This document shows, one piece after another, positions 1 to 12,353 of a stretch of DNA of 64,000 nt (position 1 is its first letter; the number at the start of each line of letters is the position of its first letter). Position numbers and translations under genes: made by a program. The stretch comes from Podarcis filfolensis (Eukaryota). Under the pieces are notes generated by a model that saw only the letters and a list, made by a program, of their open reading frames with translations, was not told the origin of the DNA and did not search any database. The stretch lies in NCBI GenBank assembly GCA_964270895.1, contig OZ185435.1. One strand, 5' to 3'.

Positions 1-142
1 CCAATGGGTTACACATTGTGGGGTGCTCCTGCTCTCATTCAGCTTGCCACAGAGCCAGTGTGGTTTTAGTGGTCTGAGAGATGGTTTTGAGTTCAAATCT
101 TTGCTTTATAAAGCTTTCTGGGTAGCCTTGAGAAAGCTGCTA

Positions 143-289
<147 letters not shown>

Positions 290-957
290 CTAAAAGAAAA
301 GAAAAGCTATTATTTGAGAACAACTGCTGTCTCTTGAAGCAAATCACAACAATGAGTTCTGCAGAAACTTTGTAAGTTTTCATGCTCCACGGGCCACCTT
401 GCAATAGACATTATTTGTAAGTATCATAAAATTATTGTGCCAGCTTTCAGGGAGTTACATTCTGTTAATGCCCAGCATTAACTTCGTCATATTTTTAAAA
501 TCAGCTTTTTGTTTGTTTAATATCAATGTTCTAGCATGCAGATTTCATATGTCCGAATTGATAAAATGAAACAACCAGATGCTGTAAGTAATTATGGGGG
601 AAATCAAGAATAAAAGCAAAAATAAAAATAATCAGAGATTCAAATATGGAAGTCCAACATAGAACCAGTTTCATACTATATGAGAAGTACAAGTATCATA
701 AAACACATTTTTCTTCTTGAGGACATTAGCTTCCATCCTATCTTCTATGAAGCACTTGGATGTTTGCTGTGAAAACGCTGCATCAGCCTACCTCTACAGA
801 GCCCAGTTACCTAATAACATAACGAGCACTGCTGGATGAGACTAAAGGCCCATCTAGCAGGACCAGAGTGAAACAGCACTCTCCCCATATTGTCTCAAGC
901 ATCTTACTTGAAAAACTATTCAGCTGTAACCTTGACTGGCTGCTGCATTAAAATTTA

Positions 958-1166
958 CAGTGGTACCTCGGGTTACATACGCTTCAGGTTACAGACTCCG
1001 CTAACCCAGAAATAGTACCTCGGGTTAAGAACTTTGCTTCAGGATGAGAACAGAAATCTTGCTCCAGCGGCGTGGCAGCAGCAGGAGGCCCCATTAGCTA
1101 AAATGGTGCTTCAGGTTAAGAACGGACCTCCGGAACGAATTAAGTACTTAACCTGAGGTACCACTG
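958..1166. mobile_element. Tc1/mariner (Tigger-like) MITE in C11orf58 intron 2
   Basis: TIRs CAGTGGTACCTC...GAGGTACCACTG, TA on the left and TC on the right. Same family as the copy at 63799. Confidence 0.9.
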
Positions 1167-1464
1167 TCTTCTGTTCATCCTTCAGAGTATCAGTTAACAA
1201 TCATACTAGCAAAATATTTGTTCCCCTATGTTCAGTGAAACATAGTAACTTGCTTGTTTAAACAATAATAAAATTCAACAGCATTATTCCCAATACATGA
1301 GTGCCACAGCTCAACTATTTTTTTCTTTCTGAGAGCAGCCATAGATAATGCATGCCTTACAATAACATCAAGATGAATGGATTGCCACCCCTTGTATGCT
1401 TATCAAAATCAGTGAAGTAAACCAAGCATGATCAGTGAAAGAATAAGTTTAAAAGGTTCTTCTA

Positions 1465-1632
<168 letters not shown>

Positions 1633-3898
1633 TTAAAAAGAAAGATAAGTCGATTGCATGCATACATTTTCAATTACTTTATCATATATTCTGAACAGCT
1701 TTGGTTTTAAGGGTACAGCCATGATCTTTCAAGTTCAGAGTCACACACTGTTAATGGGGATTGTTAAGCCCCAATCAGCAAAGCTACTACCCACACGGCA
1801 ACAGCTTTTGAAGGCACCCATTAATGGCTAGTAGCAAACTACAGCCCTAGAAGCAGGTTGTGGAGGCTGTGGAAATGACCAGCTCCTTTCAAGGGAAGTG
1901 GAAAATTTATAGCTGCGTTTAAACAAGATCAGGAAGACTTTTTTTTAAAAGGAGGAGGCTAAAAATGCAAAGCTTATTTAACCACCTGTAAAGTAAGCAT
2001 GATTTCCAGGAAAGCCCAGTTAAGTAGTAGCTGGCACCATATGAAAATACATGTTGACAATCTGAAAAGTGGAGTGAATTAATCATTGCAGTTTACTGGT
2101 TACTGGGATCAATAATACAATTTCAATTAACTGAAAGAATATGCCTATTTTCCATCTTGTCACTGTTTGGATGTGATCAGCTCCTTCAAAAACCTACCAT
2201 ATGAGGCTGCAGCACTTATAGCACAGTCAAACACACCAGCAAATGGAAGCAAGCCATCACCCTCTCTACCAAAATTCTCTTTTGAGAAAAGTTAACCATA
2301 GAATTAAAAGCTGCTTCAGACAGCATAGAATTAATCAAAAGTTGCCCACAATGTACAAGTGCTGCATATATATTAAAAAGTATGTCGACCATCAGCAGGG
2401 AGAAGCAGCTGTGGACTCTAATGGCCAAAATATGAATGCTGCTGGTGTCATATCCACTGTGAAGCTGCTGAAACACAGTTGAAAAGGGTAACAATTGTGG
2501 CAGTCCTCCAAAAGACATTCCAAGCCTGGGGATGCAAGCTTTTTGAGAGGGAGGGTCTACAAAAGTTAATAATCGGTAAATATATATATTATGTTGCATT
2601 GAATTTGACTGTCCTGCTTTTATCCTATCATTAATCAAGTCCTCCATGATGAACTCAGAAATAAAGGCAGCTATTTGGCTAATAGAAGTGCCTTGCAGGT
2701 GGTATCCCAGTAAATCCCATGTCCCCTTTCATGTCTGCAGATACATTTTTTGTGTGAATTTTATTAAGCTGTTTAACTCCCTGTAGGCTTTAGATATCAA
2801 GATTTTTTTGTACTCCCATCACTTCCCACACAAGTGGCTTGGATGATTATAATATAAAGCATTGCCCTTGCTTTCAACTCACTTTTAGGCATTGGGGAAC
2901 TTTCTGTTTACACAGGTTTATGTAATATAGGTAATGTTTTATAGCATATGTGAGCATACAATGTTGTATTTTGTTCTCCCCATGGAACCTTGCTAACTCA
3001 ATCAGGGACATTCAAAGCTATTTCACAAATGATTTAGTTGGGTATCATTTCACCACCACACCTTGGCCATGTTTATGTGGACAGAAGGTTAGCATTCCAA
3101 TCATTCCTCCATTTCCTACCTAACATCATTCTTAGTGCTCAGGTACGTTTTACTTTATTTTAGTTGCTCTACCCACTTCTGAGCAGTAGCTGGGACAGGA
3201 TCCACAACTGATGTACACACAGAGATCAAACCAAGGGACCTCAGGGTCGCTTTGATTTTACAGGTGCCCTTTAAAAAGTACGGTTGGCACACCTGCGTGT
3301 GCAATAATGTTCTCCAGCTATTTCCCCTAGATCGCTTGACATTAAATATCTAGTTAAATATTCACACGTGAACAACACACACAGGCCCAATACACGCCTT
3401 TCCCCCCCACCTCCTCCAGACGAGACTGCTACACGTGTTACAACTTTTCTGCATGCCTAACCAGGGCCTAAACTTCTATGAAAGCGCGTCTTTCGCCTCG
3501 GGGTTGCTTAGGACATGCCTTTCCCCCAAAACTAAGGCGGGGGACCACAATATGTACAATCCCAACATGGAGAAAGGGGGGACGGGGCTTGCGGGAACAA
3601 GGGCCACCGAGCAGGTCAGTCACAGTGCCCCTTCTCTCTGCTAAGCCGCGAGGAGAACTTCCCCGCACTTGGGGCACAGGAGACGTCGCCGCGTGGCAAA
3701 ATGCGCGGCGAAAGGGGCCACAGCTGGACGAAAGGATCCTGACCTCCCGGCCCACTTTGCAACTCTCCTCGGGGCAAGGAGGGGGCAAGGGCCCCGCAGA
3801 TGAGCGGCGGGACAGGAAGAAGCCCCTTCCCCCTCCCCTCGCGCCTCCCCTCCCCCCACTTCCCAACCCCGCTTCCTCCCCCAGCCGCCCTTATTCAC

Positions 3899-3964
3899 AT
3901 CGGGGGAGGCCGCTCGCTTCACTCCGTGGCCGCGCTCAGGCTGGGACTCCCTGGCGGCGCTCAT
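3899..3964 (-). CDS. C11orf58: C11orf58/SMAP coding exon 1 (MSAARESQPERGHGVKRAASPD)
   Basis: ATG at 3964-3962 in GCAAG-ATG-A context. The 22 codons resemble the human SMAP N-terminus MSAARESHPHGVKRSASPD. Followed by a GTGAAT donor at 3898, phase 0. Confidence 0.93.
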
Positions 3965-4191
3965 CTTGCAGCCGCCCTGATCAGCAGCCCGCCCCGAGGG
4001 CCACTTCCCGGCCCTGCTCGCTCGCAGCCCGAGCTTCGGCGGCTTCCTATTCCTCCGCCTCCTCGAAGAGCTTCCCACGGCGCAAGCGCGCGAGGCAGAG
4101 AAAGAACTCCCGCTTAGGTCAGGCGGCGGGTCTTTCTTTCTCCCTCCCCGTCTGTCTTTCCCCCCGCTTTCCCTCTCAACCTTTCCCTTCT

Positions 4192-4284
4192 TGGGAGTTG
4201 TAGTTTTTATCCTGCTAACCACTTGCTGCTATTCTATGGGAACTCTCGGAAAGGGAGGAACTCCAAATCCCACAAGCCTCTGCG
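4192..4284. promoter_or_regulatory. Two opposed ZNF143/THAP11-type (ACTACAnnTCCCA / SBS) motifs
   Basis: Minus strand 4204-4192 reads ACTACAACTCCCA. Plus strand 4259-4284 reads AACTCCAAATCCCACAAGCCTCTGCG, close to the SBS consensus TCCCAYAATGCNNYGCG with an ACTACA-like extension. Confidence 0.65.
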
Positions 4285-4297
4285 ACATAGCTACGCG

Positions 4298-4300
<3 letters not shown>

Positions 4301-4345
<45 letters not shown>
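4301..4345. repeat. (CT)~22 microsatellite within the promoter
   Basis: Direct read. Confidence 0.98.
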
Positions 4346-4348
<3 letters not shown>

Positions 4349-5845
4349 CCCTCGCTGGTGATTGGCTGTCGGCGAGATGGGCGGGGAAAGGAAACAATTT
4401 GATCGATGGTTGGTCGCGTCTGTATTTTCTGTGTTTCCCCCCCTCATTCACGTTTCCTCCGGTGTTGAGGGGGTTTCCTTTTGCATTTTGCTCTCCCTCC
4501 CCATCAAAAAAGAGGGTAGTTTACTGAGTACGGATTCAACTGATAACATTCTCCGCTGGCACAAATTTTATGGGTTAGGCTAGGATTCCCTGTTGAGAAA
4601 ATGTAAGGCAGCAATCCTGTGCACATTTACCTTTGTTAGTAAGCGCCATTGAACACAGTGGGGGTTACTTTTGAGTAAACATGCAGAACATTATCTCAAA
4701 ATCCGTCCTAAACGCTTGATGTGGCAGTAAATCCCGTTAATTTCCGTGGCATATTTTGAAACGGCTTAGCTATCGGCTTGATTTTTGTGTGGTCCAGTCT
4801 TACCAGTTTTGTGCAAAAGTAATAAGGACTGCCTGTTGCTGAAATAATAGCTGTAAAAGGTTCTGGGGTGAGCCCAGGACCAGAATACAGCATGGCCCAG
4901 GAGGTGTGGCTTGCTGCTGGGAAGTGGGAAGGACTTGCTTCTTATTTAAATATGAATACTGTACAGTATTCCGCCTTTTCCAAAAAGTTCAAGGTGACTA
5001 ATAAAATTTGGGGAGGGTACAAATACTGTACAGTGAAAATAACAAGAAAAATTATAAATATAGTAACATTCTGAAAACAGGAAAAGAACTAGCGGATAAA
5101 ACAAAAGCAGCAAGTAAAATCAAACAGGCTACAATTAAGCCACTAAAAAGATTCAGAAATTCACTTTGTAAACTCTTATCTTTCTCAGAGCTGTCTTTGA
5201 AAAATAAATCAAGTAGTCAGACTTAATATAACTTTCAGTTATGATTGGTATGGAACCCGTAGCCCTCCATCAGCCCCAGCCAGCATGGCCAAAGGTCAGA
5301 GATGTCCAGCAACATGGAGGGCCACAGGTTCCGCACACTGTCCCATCTGAATGAATACTGAAGGAAGGAGAAAGTTTATATACATTGTTGGAGCAGATAA
5401 AAAGTCTCAATTTTTTCCGCTGTAGCTCAGGCAGTAATGGCATACCATCAGTGTAGCTTACGGAATTGTAGTTATTACCAAGCAATCATATCAATTCTGT
5501 AAATCGCAGTAGGAAAGCATTTTAACTCAAAATGCAGCAGAATGTGGATTGTTACATTTTAGATTTATTTTCAAGCCAGAGTACCTCTAGAGTGATGACT
5601 CTCTATAGCCTTGAGCTTAAACAAATATGGTGCATATGCTGTGACACTTTGGTTCTGGCTTATAATTTCTGAGCATTTGTTTGTGTATGTCAGATTCTGC
5701 CCGTATATGAGTGGACCTCGCAGCAAAGCTGGGGCCCAAATCCCCAAATCCAAAATAAGCTGGGGAAAATGGAGTTGCTCTGCAAGTCCATTGTGGGGCA
5801 GGTTATTTGGGGGGGCAGCTTATTTTATTATTATTTTTGTGTGTG

Positions 5846-5846
<1 letters not shown>

Positions 5847-5876
<30 letters not shown>
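5847..5876. repeat. (AC)15 microsatellite
   Basis: Direct read. Confidence 0.95.
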
Positions 5877-5877
<1 letters not shown>

Positions 5878-6000
5878 ACTTTGTGCCACATCACTTGTCC
5901 CATACCTGATGAATAAAATAATACCCAAGTGTCCATTCCTGCACATGTGTGATGAATATGTAAATTTTGGAAGAGACATGTTTTCTCTAAAAATATGTAT

Positions 6001-6232
6001 ATGGCCCGCCCTACCATGAAAGTGAGGCAGCTGCCTCAGGTGACATGCTGAGCATGGGAAGCAGCAAAAAGAGAATAGGCGTGTGTGGGATTTCAGGTGT
6101 GGTAGAATACTCCATTGCCACTGCTTAAAATTCAGCTGCCAGTATGGTTAGTTTCTGTACAGTACAGTGCTTGGAATTAGGGAGTGGCCACATCTTGTCC
6201 TACACCTCAGGCAACAAAATGTGTTGAGGACC
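6001..6232. mobile_element. Degenerate DNA-transposon relic
   Basis: ggcccgccctaccatg...gaggcagctgcctcagg...cctcaggcaacaaaatgt resembles a common lizard non-autonomous element; termini are decayed. Confidence 0.4.
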
Positions 6233-6298
6233 ATGCAGTAGGCCTGCAGTAAGGAGCTGTGATTGGTCTCAGGTCCTTAATTTTTGTCAACTGTGCTT

Positions 6299-6301
<3 letters not shown>

Positions 6302-6363
<62 letters not shown>
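6302..6363. repeat. Compound (AT)n(GT)n microsatellite
   Basis: Direct read. Confidence 0.97.
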
Positions 6364-6365
<2 letters not shown>

Positions 6366-7859
6366 ACATTACTAATGGCAGCTGTGAAAAGAGGAGTGAT
6401 TTGGATCAGGACTGGAGAAAGGAGTTAACCCTTCCCTTCATTCCCTTGCTTACTTACAGGTGTGCTCATATGCTCTCCCTAGAAGATTACCAATACCAGG
6501 GGTTCAGCACAACCCCTCAAGAGAGAGCCAACATGCATCACAGTTACTCCCCTGTCATTTGTCATAAACAAACCTTCCCTGAGTGTTCCATTGCAGCTGA
6601 GGAAAGTCCTTTTTGCATCCAGGATGGGGAGAGCTCACCCTTCAGTCTAGGTAAGCTGCCTTAAAGCAGAGCCTGCTTCAGTTTTCCTGTGTCTAATAAT
6701 GTTAAAAACTTGAGAATTTTCTGCAGTTGATTTTATTAGAAGCTTTTGTTCTCGGGATTTGGAGTTGAGGGAAAGGAGCCTGCGCATATGCTCAAGCACA
6801 CTCATTTCTTGATTTTTACTTCGGCTCTCCAGATGTTGGCTGAGCCCTGATAAGCTCTGGCTCATATTCCTTGGCTAGATCACATGAGAGATTGAAAGCC
6901 ATTTCAAAATTTTCTCCTATGCTATTTTAAATAGAAATAGTGATGGGCCCCTACATTTTCACTACTGTACTGAAAGCAAAATCAACATGGTGGCCTTGGT
7001 CTAGAGTTCACTGACTGACTGACTGACTGCAGTATTTGTGTACTGCTTTTCAAACAGCGGTTCTCAAAGCAATTAAGAGTAATAGTAATAGATTTATAAG
7101 AGGATGGTATTTCCCATATGGTTTTAAACAGAAGCTTTTATTTATTTATCACAATTTCTGTATACAGCTATTCACACAAAAAAATCAAAGAAGTTTACAA
7201 CAAACATATTACACATATAATAAAAACCATATACAAATTTTAAATCAGTGTTGCAGACAGATACTTTATTAATTGCCTGTGTATGTTTGCCATCATAAAA
7301 AAAAACAAACAAACAGAAGGCATGTAACAATTAAAACAGTAGGTGCCTTCAGTTAGAAATTGAAGGCAGGAAAATGGTGCCTCAGTCCCACCCCATTATC
7401 AACTGCTGCTTGTTGGAGATTACATTGCTTCATGGGGAGGATAGCCCTGAGCAGAGAAATTTGAAGACTACCACTCTCTGTTTAATCATATAAGTGATAT
7501 ATGGATGTTATATAACAAGGACCTTCTTATTTCAGCAGGCATATTAAGATAATTTTATGCTTTTAGGATGAAATTTAATTGTTCTAATTCTCTGCATGCT
7601 TTTGTTAAAAAATGCACATGCTTAGATTTCCTGAATATTGAGTGGTATTTGAATATCTGAAATAAATCTGACTTGAAATAATACATTGTACCTTTTTAAT
7701 TGGGTTATGCTACACATATTAGTGACATGGCAGTAATGAAGAAAGATTCACTTCACTGCAAATGGCACTGAAACGAGGAGGATGCAAATAGGAATTTAGC
7801 TGAACATCCACCGTGAGGTGATAACTCTAGTTCTGGTTTCGGCCTAATTTAAATATCCT

Positions 7860-8045
7860 AGATAGGACTTTAAGAACTATTGCCTACTTCCTCTTAAGCC
7901 TGCCTCGGCATTAAAATCAGCTTTGGGGTCCCTGTTCCAAGTGCCATCCCACAATAGTCTGATGAACAAGAAATGGGTTTTCTGTGGTAATGCCGTAGCC
8001 TTGGAATACTCTCTCGGTTGAGATCTGTGAGGGCCCCTCTTTGAG
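7860..8045 (+). mobile_element. L2 3'-end relic; similar relics at ~16752-16830 (+), ~22270-22430 (+) and ~14660-14890 (-)
   Basis: Degenerate (agggc)cttttc.gtgg...tggaa..c.ctcc motif typical of lizard L2 3' regions. Confidence 0.5.
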
Positions 8046-8831
8046 CATTTTACTCCATGAACAGGAGCCTTTTATTTTAGTGGGCTTTTTTTACTGTCTG
8101 ATGTTTATGTGATTTTATTATGTTGCTGTATTATCTGTTTTATATTATTTAGTGCTGTGATTATTGTTTATTTGCTGTAAGTCACTGAGCGTATCAATGG
8201 AAGAGCAGAATAGGGAAAAAAATTGTTATTGCTATTATCACTTGTAATAGTCAGTGAGACTGACCATGTGAAAGTTCCCACCTGTTCTTACTTTTCTTTT
8301 ATTATGAAACAATAAGAGTGTGTACCATAAAGAGCACCAGTCTGAGGAAAACTGCCTTGGCTGTTAACATTTAAAGGTCCTTTTAAGGCTCAAGAATGTA
8401 AAGAACATACATATTGTCATTCTGAAATGGCTTTCATACTTTTGAAACCATTATAAAAACCTTTCTTTAAAATGCTCCCCCATTTTTACAAAACGGTTTT
8501 GAACACATCAGTGTGAAGACTGCTGCTTTCACAAATCTTGATTTCTGTGCTAGCCAAACTACTTTTTATTAACAGAGGAAATAAGAAAGGATTGCTATTT
8601 TGCTTTCGTTTATACTGTACAGGGGAATGGCAGCAATAAAAAAGTTAGGAAAGATTTATCTTTGCAAAGTGGAGTTCACAGCCCTTATGAAAATGGTTGA
8701 ACATCTCATGCTTCTTTTTTCTGCTTCTTCTTTCTTTACATGCCCACACTGGGCTGGTTCACACATGCATGTTCAACACTTGATGGCTACAGCATCAAGT
8801 AATCACTTGCACATGGGAGCAAACAAACATA

Positions 8832-9060
8832 CAGTGGTACCTCGGTTTATGAACTTAATCCGTTCCGGAAGGCCGTTCTTAAACCGAAACCGTTCTTAAT
8901 TTCCCTTATGAGGCATCCTGCCGCTGGTGCCCTTCCACTGTTCGGCTTCCATTCTTAGACCGAGGTAAAGTTCTCAAACTGGGACACTACTTCCAGTTTT
9001 GCGGAGTTCATAAACTGAATAGTTTGTAAACAGGGCTGTTCTTAAACCGAGGTACCACTG
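8832..9060. mobile_element. Tc1/mariner MITE
   Basis: TIRs CAGTGGTACCTCGGTTTA...TAAACCGAGGTACCACTG with TA target duplication on both sides. Confidence 0.92.
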
Positions 9061-9352
9061 TAGATCAAATATCACAGAGAAAGCTTCCATATGATTTGGT
9101 CTCACAATGCTTTTCAAAGGAATCACTTCAAGAATCCAACTGTTGGTCATCAAGGCCTGGTTCACAGGTGCACATTCAACAGTTGATGACTACAGCATTC
9201 AGTGATGGAACCATTTCATTGTCTGTATAAGTCAAATCCTGGTTCACACCAAGAAGCTCTTTTAAAGTGCCCTCAAGAAGAGAAGTGACTGCTGCCAAGC
9301 AGAAATCAATGGAGAAATCCAGTATTTTTATGAATCGTAGGACTTGGCTATA

Positions 9353-9571
9353 CAGTGGACCCTCAGGTTACATTACCTTTGGGTAACATAAACTTCGGGT
9401 TGTGAACGTGGCAACCCCGGAAGTGTGTTTGCACTCTGCACGCCTCGCGCATGCACAGAACCACTCTACAGCACCGCGTGCATGCGCAGAACAGGCGCCT
9501 CTGGTTACGAAATCCTCGAGATACGGCCGGGCCTCCGGAACGGATCCCGTTCGTAACCGGAGGTACCACTG
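9353..9571. mobile_element. Tc1/mariner MITE, CpG-rich (young)
   Basis: CAGTGGACCCTC...GAGGTACCACTG termini flanked by TA/TA. Confidence 0.88.
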
Positions 9572-9609
9572 TATTAGCCATGTTACAATGCTATGACTGC
9601 GCTATAAGC

Positions 9610-9860
9610 AGCCGTCAACAGGTTCACCACACCTATCAGCCAGTCACCCATTCTCACCACCCTTCTGAGTAATGCCCCTCCCTACCCTCTCACTATATAT
9701 AAGGGTCTGGTGACTTCTGTTTCAGTGAATCTGAAGAAGTGTGCATGCACACGAAAGCTCATACCAATAACAAACTTAGTTGGTCTCTAAAGCGTTACTG
9801 GAAGGAATTTTTTTATATTGTTTCGACTACAGCATATCAAAACAGCTACCTACCTGTAAT
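9610..9860 (+). mobile_element. Penelope-like retroelement terminal segment with hammerhead motif
   Basis: TATA-like tatatataagg, then CTGAAGA-hairpin-GAAAGCTC and the ...gttggtctctaaagcg.tactgga tail. A second copy lies at 19510-19600. Confidence 0.75.
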
Positions 9861-10145
9861 TATTAACATGTGCCACCAGATAGCGCTGTAGAGCACAAAA
9901 CTTTGTCTATGCAATTTTACATAGAGTCTTTTTTACTTTTGTTATAACAATTTAATTTATGACTTATTTATAGCATTTCTCCCCTGTGCATAGAGCCAGC
10001 CTTGGATTAAATACCAGTATCTCTACCCTACTCAACTCCCAAAATAGCCCAATAGGTAGCAGCAAAGTGAAGAGTTCATGCTATTTCTTATTTAGTGTGA
10101 AACAATGGCTTTAAAAGCACTGTAAAACTGGAGATTCCAATCATT

Positions 10146-10215
10146 TCATAGAATCGTAGAGTTGGAAGGGACCCTGGGGGTCATCTAGTCCAACCCATTG
10201 CAATGCAGAAATATG
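10146..10215 (-). mobile_element. CR1 LINE 3' end
   Basis: tcatagaatcgtagagttggaagggacc...tcatctagtccaacc is the reverse complement of a CR1 tail. Confidence 0.8.
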
Positions 10216-11466
10216 CAGCTGTCCCATAGCTGTTCATTCCAGGAGTATTAGAACCCTATTGCAGGTTGGGCTGAAGTGGAAAGAGTACATGAAATGTTAT
10301 CCATTGTTTTATCCCTACACTACAGGATGAGCTGAATGAGTAGTATACCCTGCTGGGCAGCTCATGGTTACACCTCTATTGCAGCAGCCCTGCAATGTAG
10401 CCCATTGTTAATATTGCAGATCAGAAGGGGATTTGGATTCCCAGTAAAAAAATCTCAGATAATTCTCAGGTTGCAATGATCTACTTCCATTGTCCAGCTC
10501 AGAGCTCTTCCCAGTTAAATTGAAACTGGTTTAACCAAGTACTCAATAGCAGCCTGAGTTGTATATCAACTCCCCTTAAAGGGAATCCCCTGCCCCGCAA
10601 TAAGACTAAGAACTAGTAATTTAAAAGAATAACATTATTACCTGTATTCCCCACCCAACTTGCTTTACTCTAACTGCAGAATTGTGACTTTGGTTGGTCA
10701 TAACTTGCAGCCAATCAAGCAGCTGCAAACACATTACTTGGCAAAATCGTTGTCATAGCTTTGGGAACAGCAATTCCACGTGCAGCATCAGGGTACTTTT
10801 AACTTGGTGAATCTGAAGCATAACAATTTGACATAGTATTGGACACAGAAGAATAGCATTATCTAGAACTGTGAAGAAGAAGATCTATGCCAAGATGGAA
10901 GGGAAGGGTCATCAGGCCACAAATGGCTCACCCTCTTCCTATTAGCTACATTTCATGCTGCGCCTCCTCTGTCTCTCTGACACATCCCTGGCTCTTGTGC
11001 CTCCTATAAATCGTGGGGAGGGGGGGGAATTAATTATTGACTTTTTTGCATCCTTGATAGCCTGAGCCATATATTACTTCACTTCTGTGTATTCATTCTC
11101 AGTGTACACAGTTTTGTGTGTACAAAATGGTGTGTACAGTTCTGTGATGTCAACCTGTTTTTTACTAGGTTGACAATATGTTCAGGGTTGCCAACCTTTT
11201 GGGGCCCATTGGGAATTTTGGGAGAGTGCTACCGGCATCACCCCATGCAGCTGCTTCTCTCTGCCCTCCCCTAGGCCAGTCTCTCCCCATCCCCACAACA
11301 GACAGAAAAAGGGAAAGCGCACACACATATCATTTGTTTTTCCAAATGGTCTGGATAAAAGTCAGATCCAGCTGACAGATCCTCTTGAAATTGTATGATT
11401 TTACAAGGGATCCACCCCCACTATCAAATTAAACCATACAATGGCAGATTGCACAGTAACAATCCC

Positions 11467-11826
11467 TAAGGTAAATGTAAAGGGACCCCTGACCATTAGG
11501 TCCAGTTGTGACCAACTCTGGGGTTGCGGCGCTCATCTCGCTCTATAGGCCGAGGGAGCCGGCGTTTGTCCACAGACAGCTTCTGGGTCATGTGGCCAGC
11601 ATGACTAAGCCGCTTCTGGTGAACCAGAGCAGCGCACGGAAACGCCGTTTACCTTCCCGCCGGAGCAGTACCTATTTATCTAATTGCACTTTGCCGTGCT
11701 TTCGAACTGCTAGGTTGGCAGGAGCAGGGACCGAGCAACGGGAGCTCACCCCATCGCGGGGATTCAAACCGCCAACCTTCTGATCGGCAAGCCCTAGGCT
11801 CTGTGGTTTAACCCACAGCGCCACCC
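11467..11826 (-). mobile_element. Sauria SINE, near full length
   Basis: tRNA-like head with B-box-like GGTTTGAATCCC on the minus strand, the conserved body gtcatgtggccagcatgac, and an ACCTT-type tail. Confidence 0.92.
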
Positions 11827-12157
11827 ACAAAAACATTGATCCACGCCACAGATTCTCATGGATTTTCATGATTTTGACACAAAATGACAACATAATTACA
11901 ACAAAACCACCAACAAACCACAGAACAGATCTGTGGACACAGAGGCGACCTACGATTTGATGGTGGTTTTGAGATGATAATTTGTAAAAAGATTTGAGAA
12001 TCCACAAGGATCTATGCTTTGGGTCCACGTCTTTATGTTATGGCAGTGCTAGAAAGCACTGGATCTATTATTTTTTAAGGTTCAGGTAATTGAGAAAATG
12101 TGATCTGCATTTTGACTTGTGATTTGATTATACTATTTCAAGAGGCTCTGCTTAGAT

Positions 12158-12353
12158 CAGAGCTCTCCAGACTTTGGGTGACACACTTTTTAGACATGCA
12201 TCATTTTGCAACACAGTAATTCAGTTTTTCTAGCAAACTGGAGATTAAACTAACCCCTTTCCAGCCCCAGGAGAAGTGTGGGGAACATGTGCACGACACA
12301 CCTATACACTGCAGCTGGCACACTAACATGTCGCAACAATTTGGAAAGCTCTG
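12158..12353. mobile_element. hAT MITE
   Basis: TIRs CAGAGCTCTCCA...TGGAAAGCTCTG; 8-bp TSD gcttagat/gtttagat. Confidence 0.8.

Larger units (their letters stand above)
3430..4460. promoter_or_regulatory. CpG island / promoter of C11orf58, probably bidirectional
   Basis: Abrupt GC- and CpG-rich stretch around exon 1. Contains ACTACA/SBS motifs on both strands and a CCAAT box (ATTGG 4361-4365). Confidence 0.85.

Noticed and set aside
2216-2647. 143-aa minus-strand ORF
   Set aside because: Lies in C11orf58 intron 1, has no recognisable domain and no convincing exon boundaries.
3468-4222. Long overlapping ORFs (241, 193, 132, 105 aa) in the promoter island
   Set aside because: GC-rich stop-poor artefacts. 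Only the 22 codons of C11orf58 exon 1 inside the 193-aa frame are supported.
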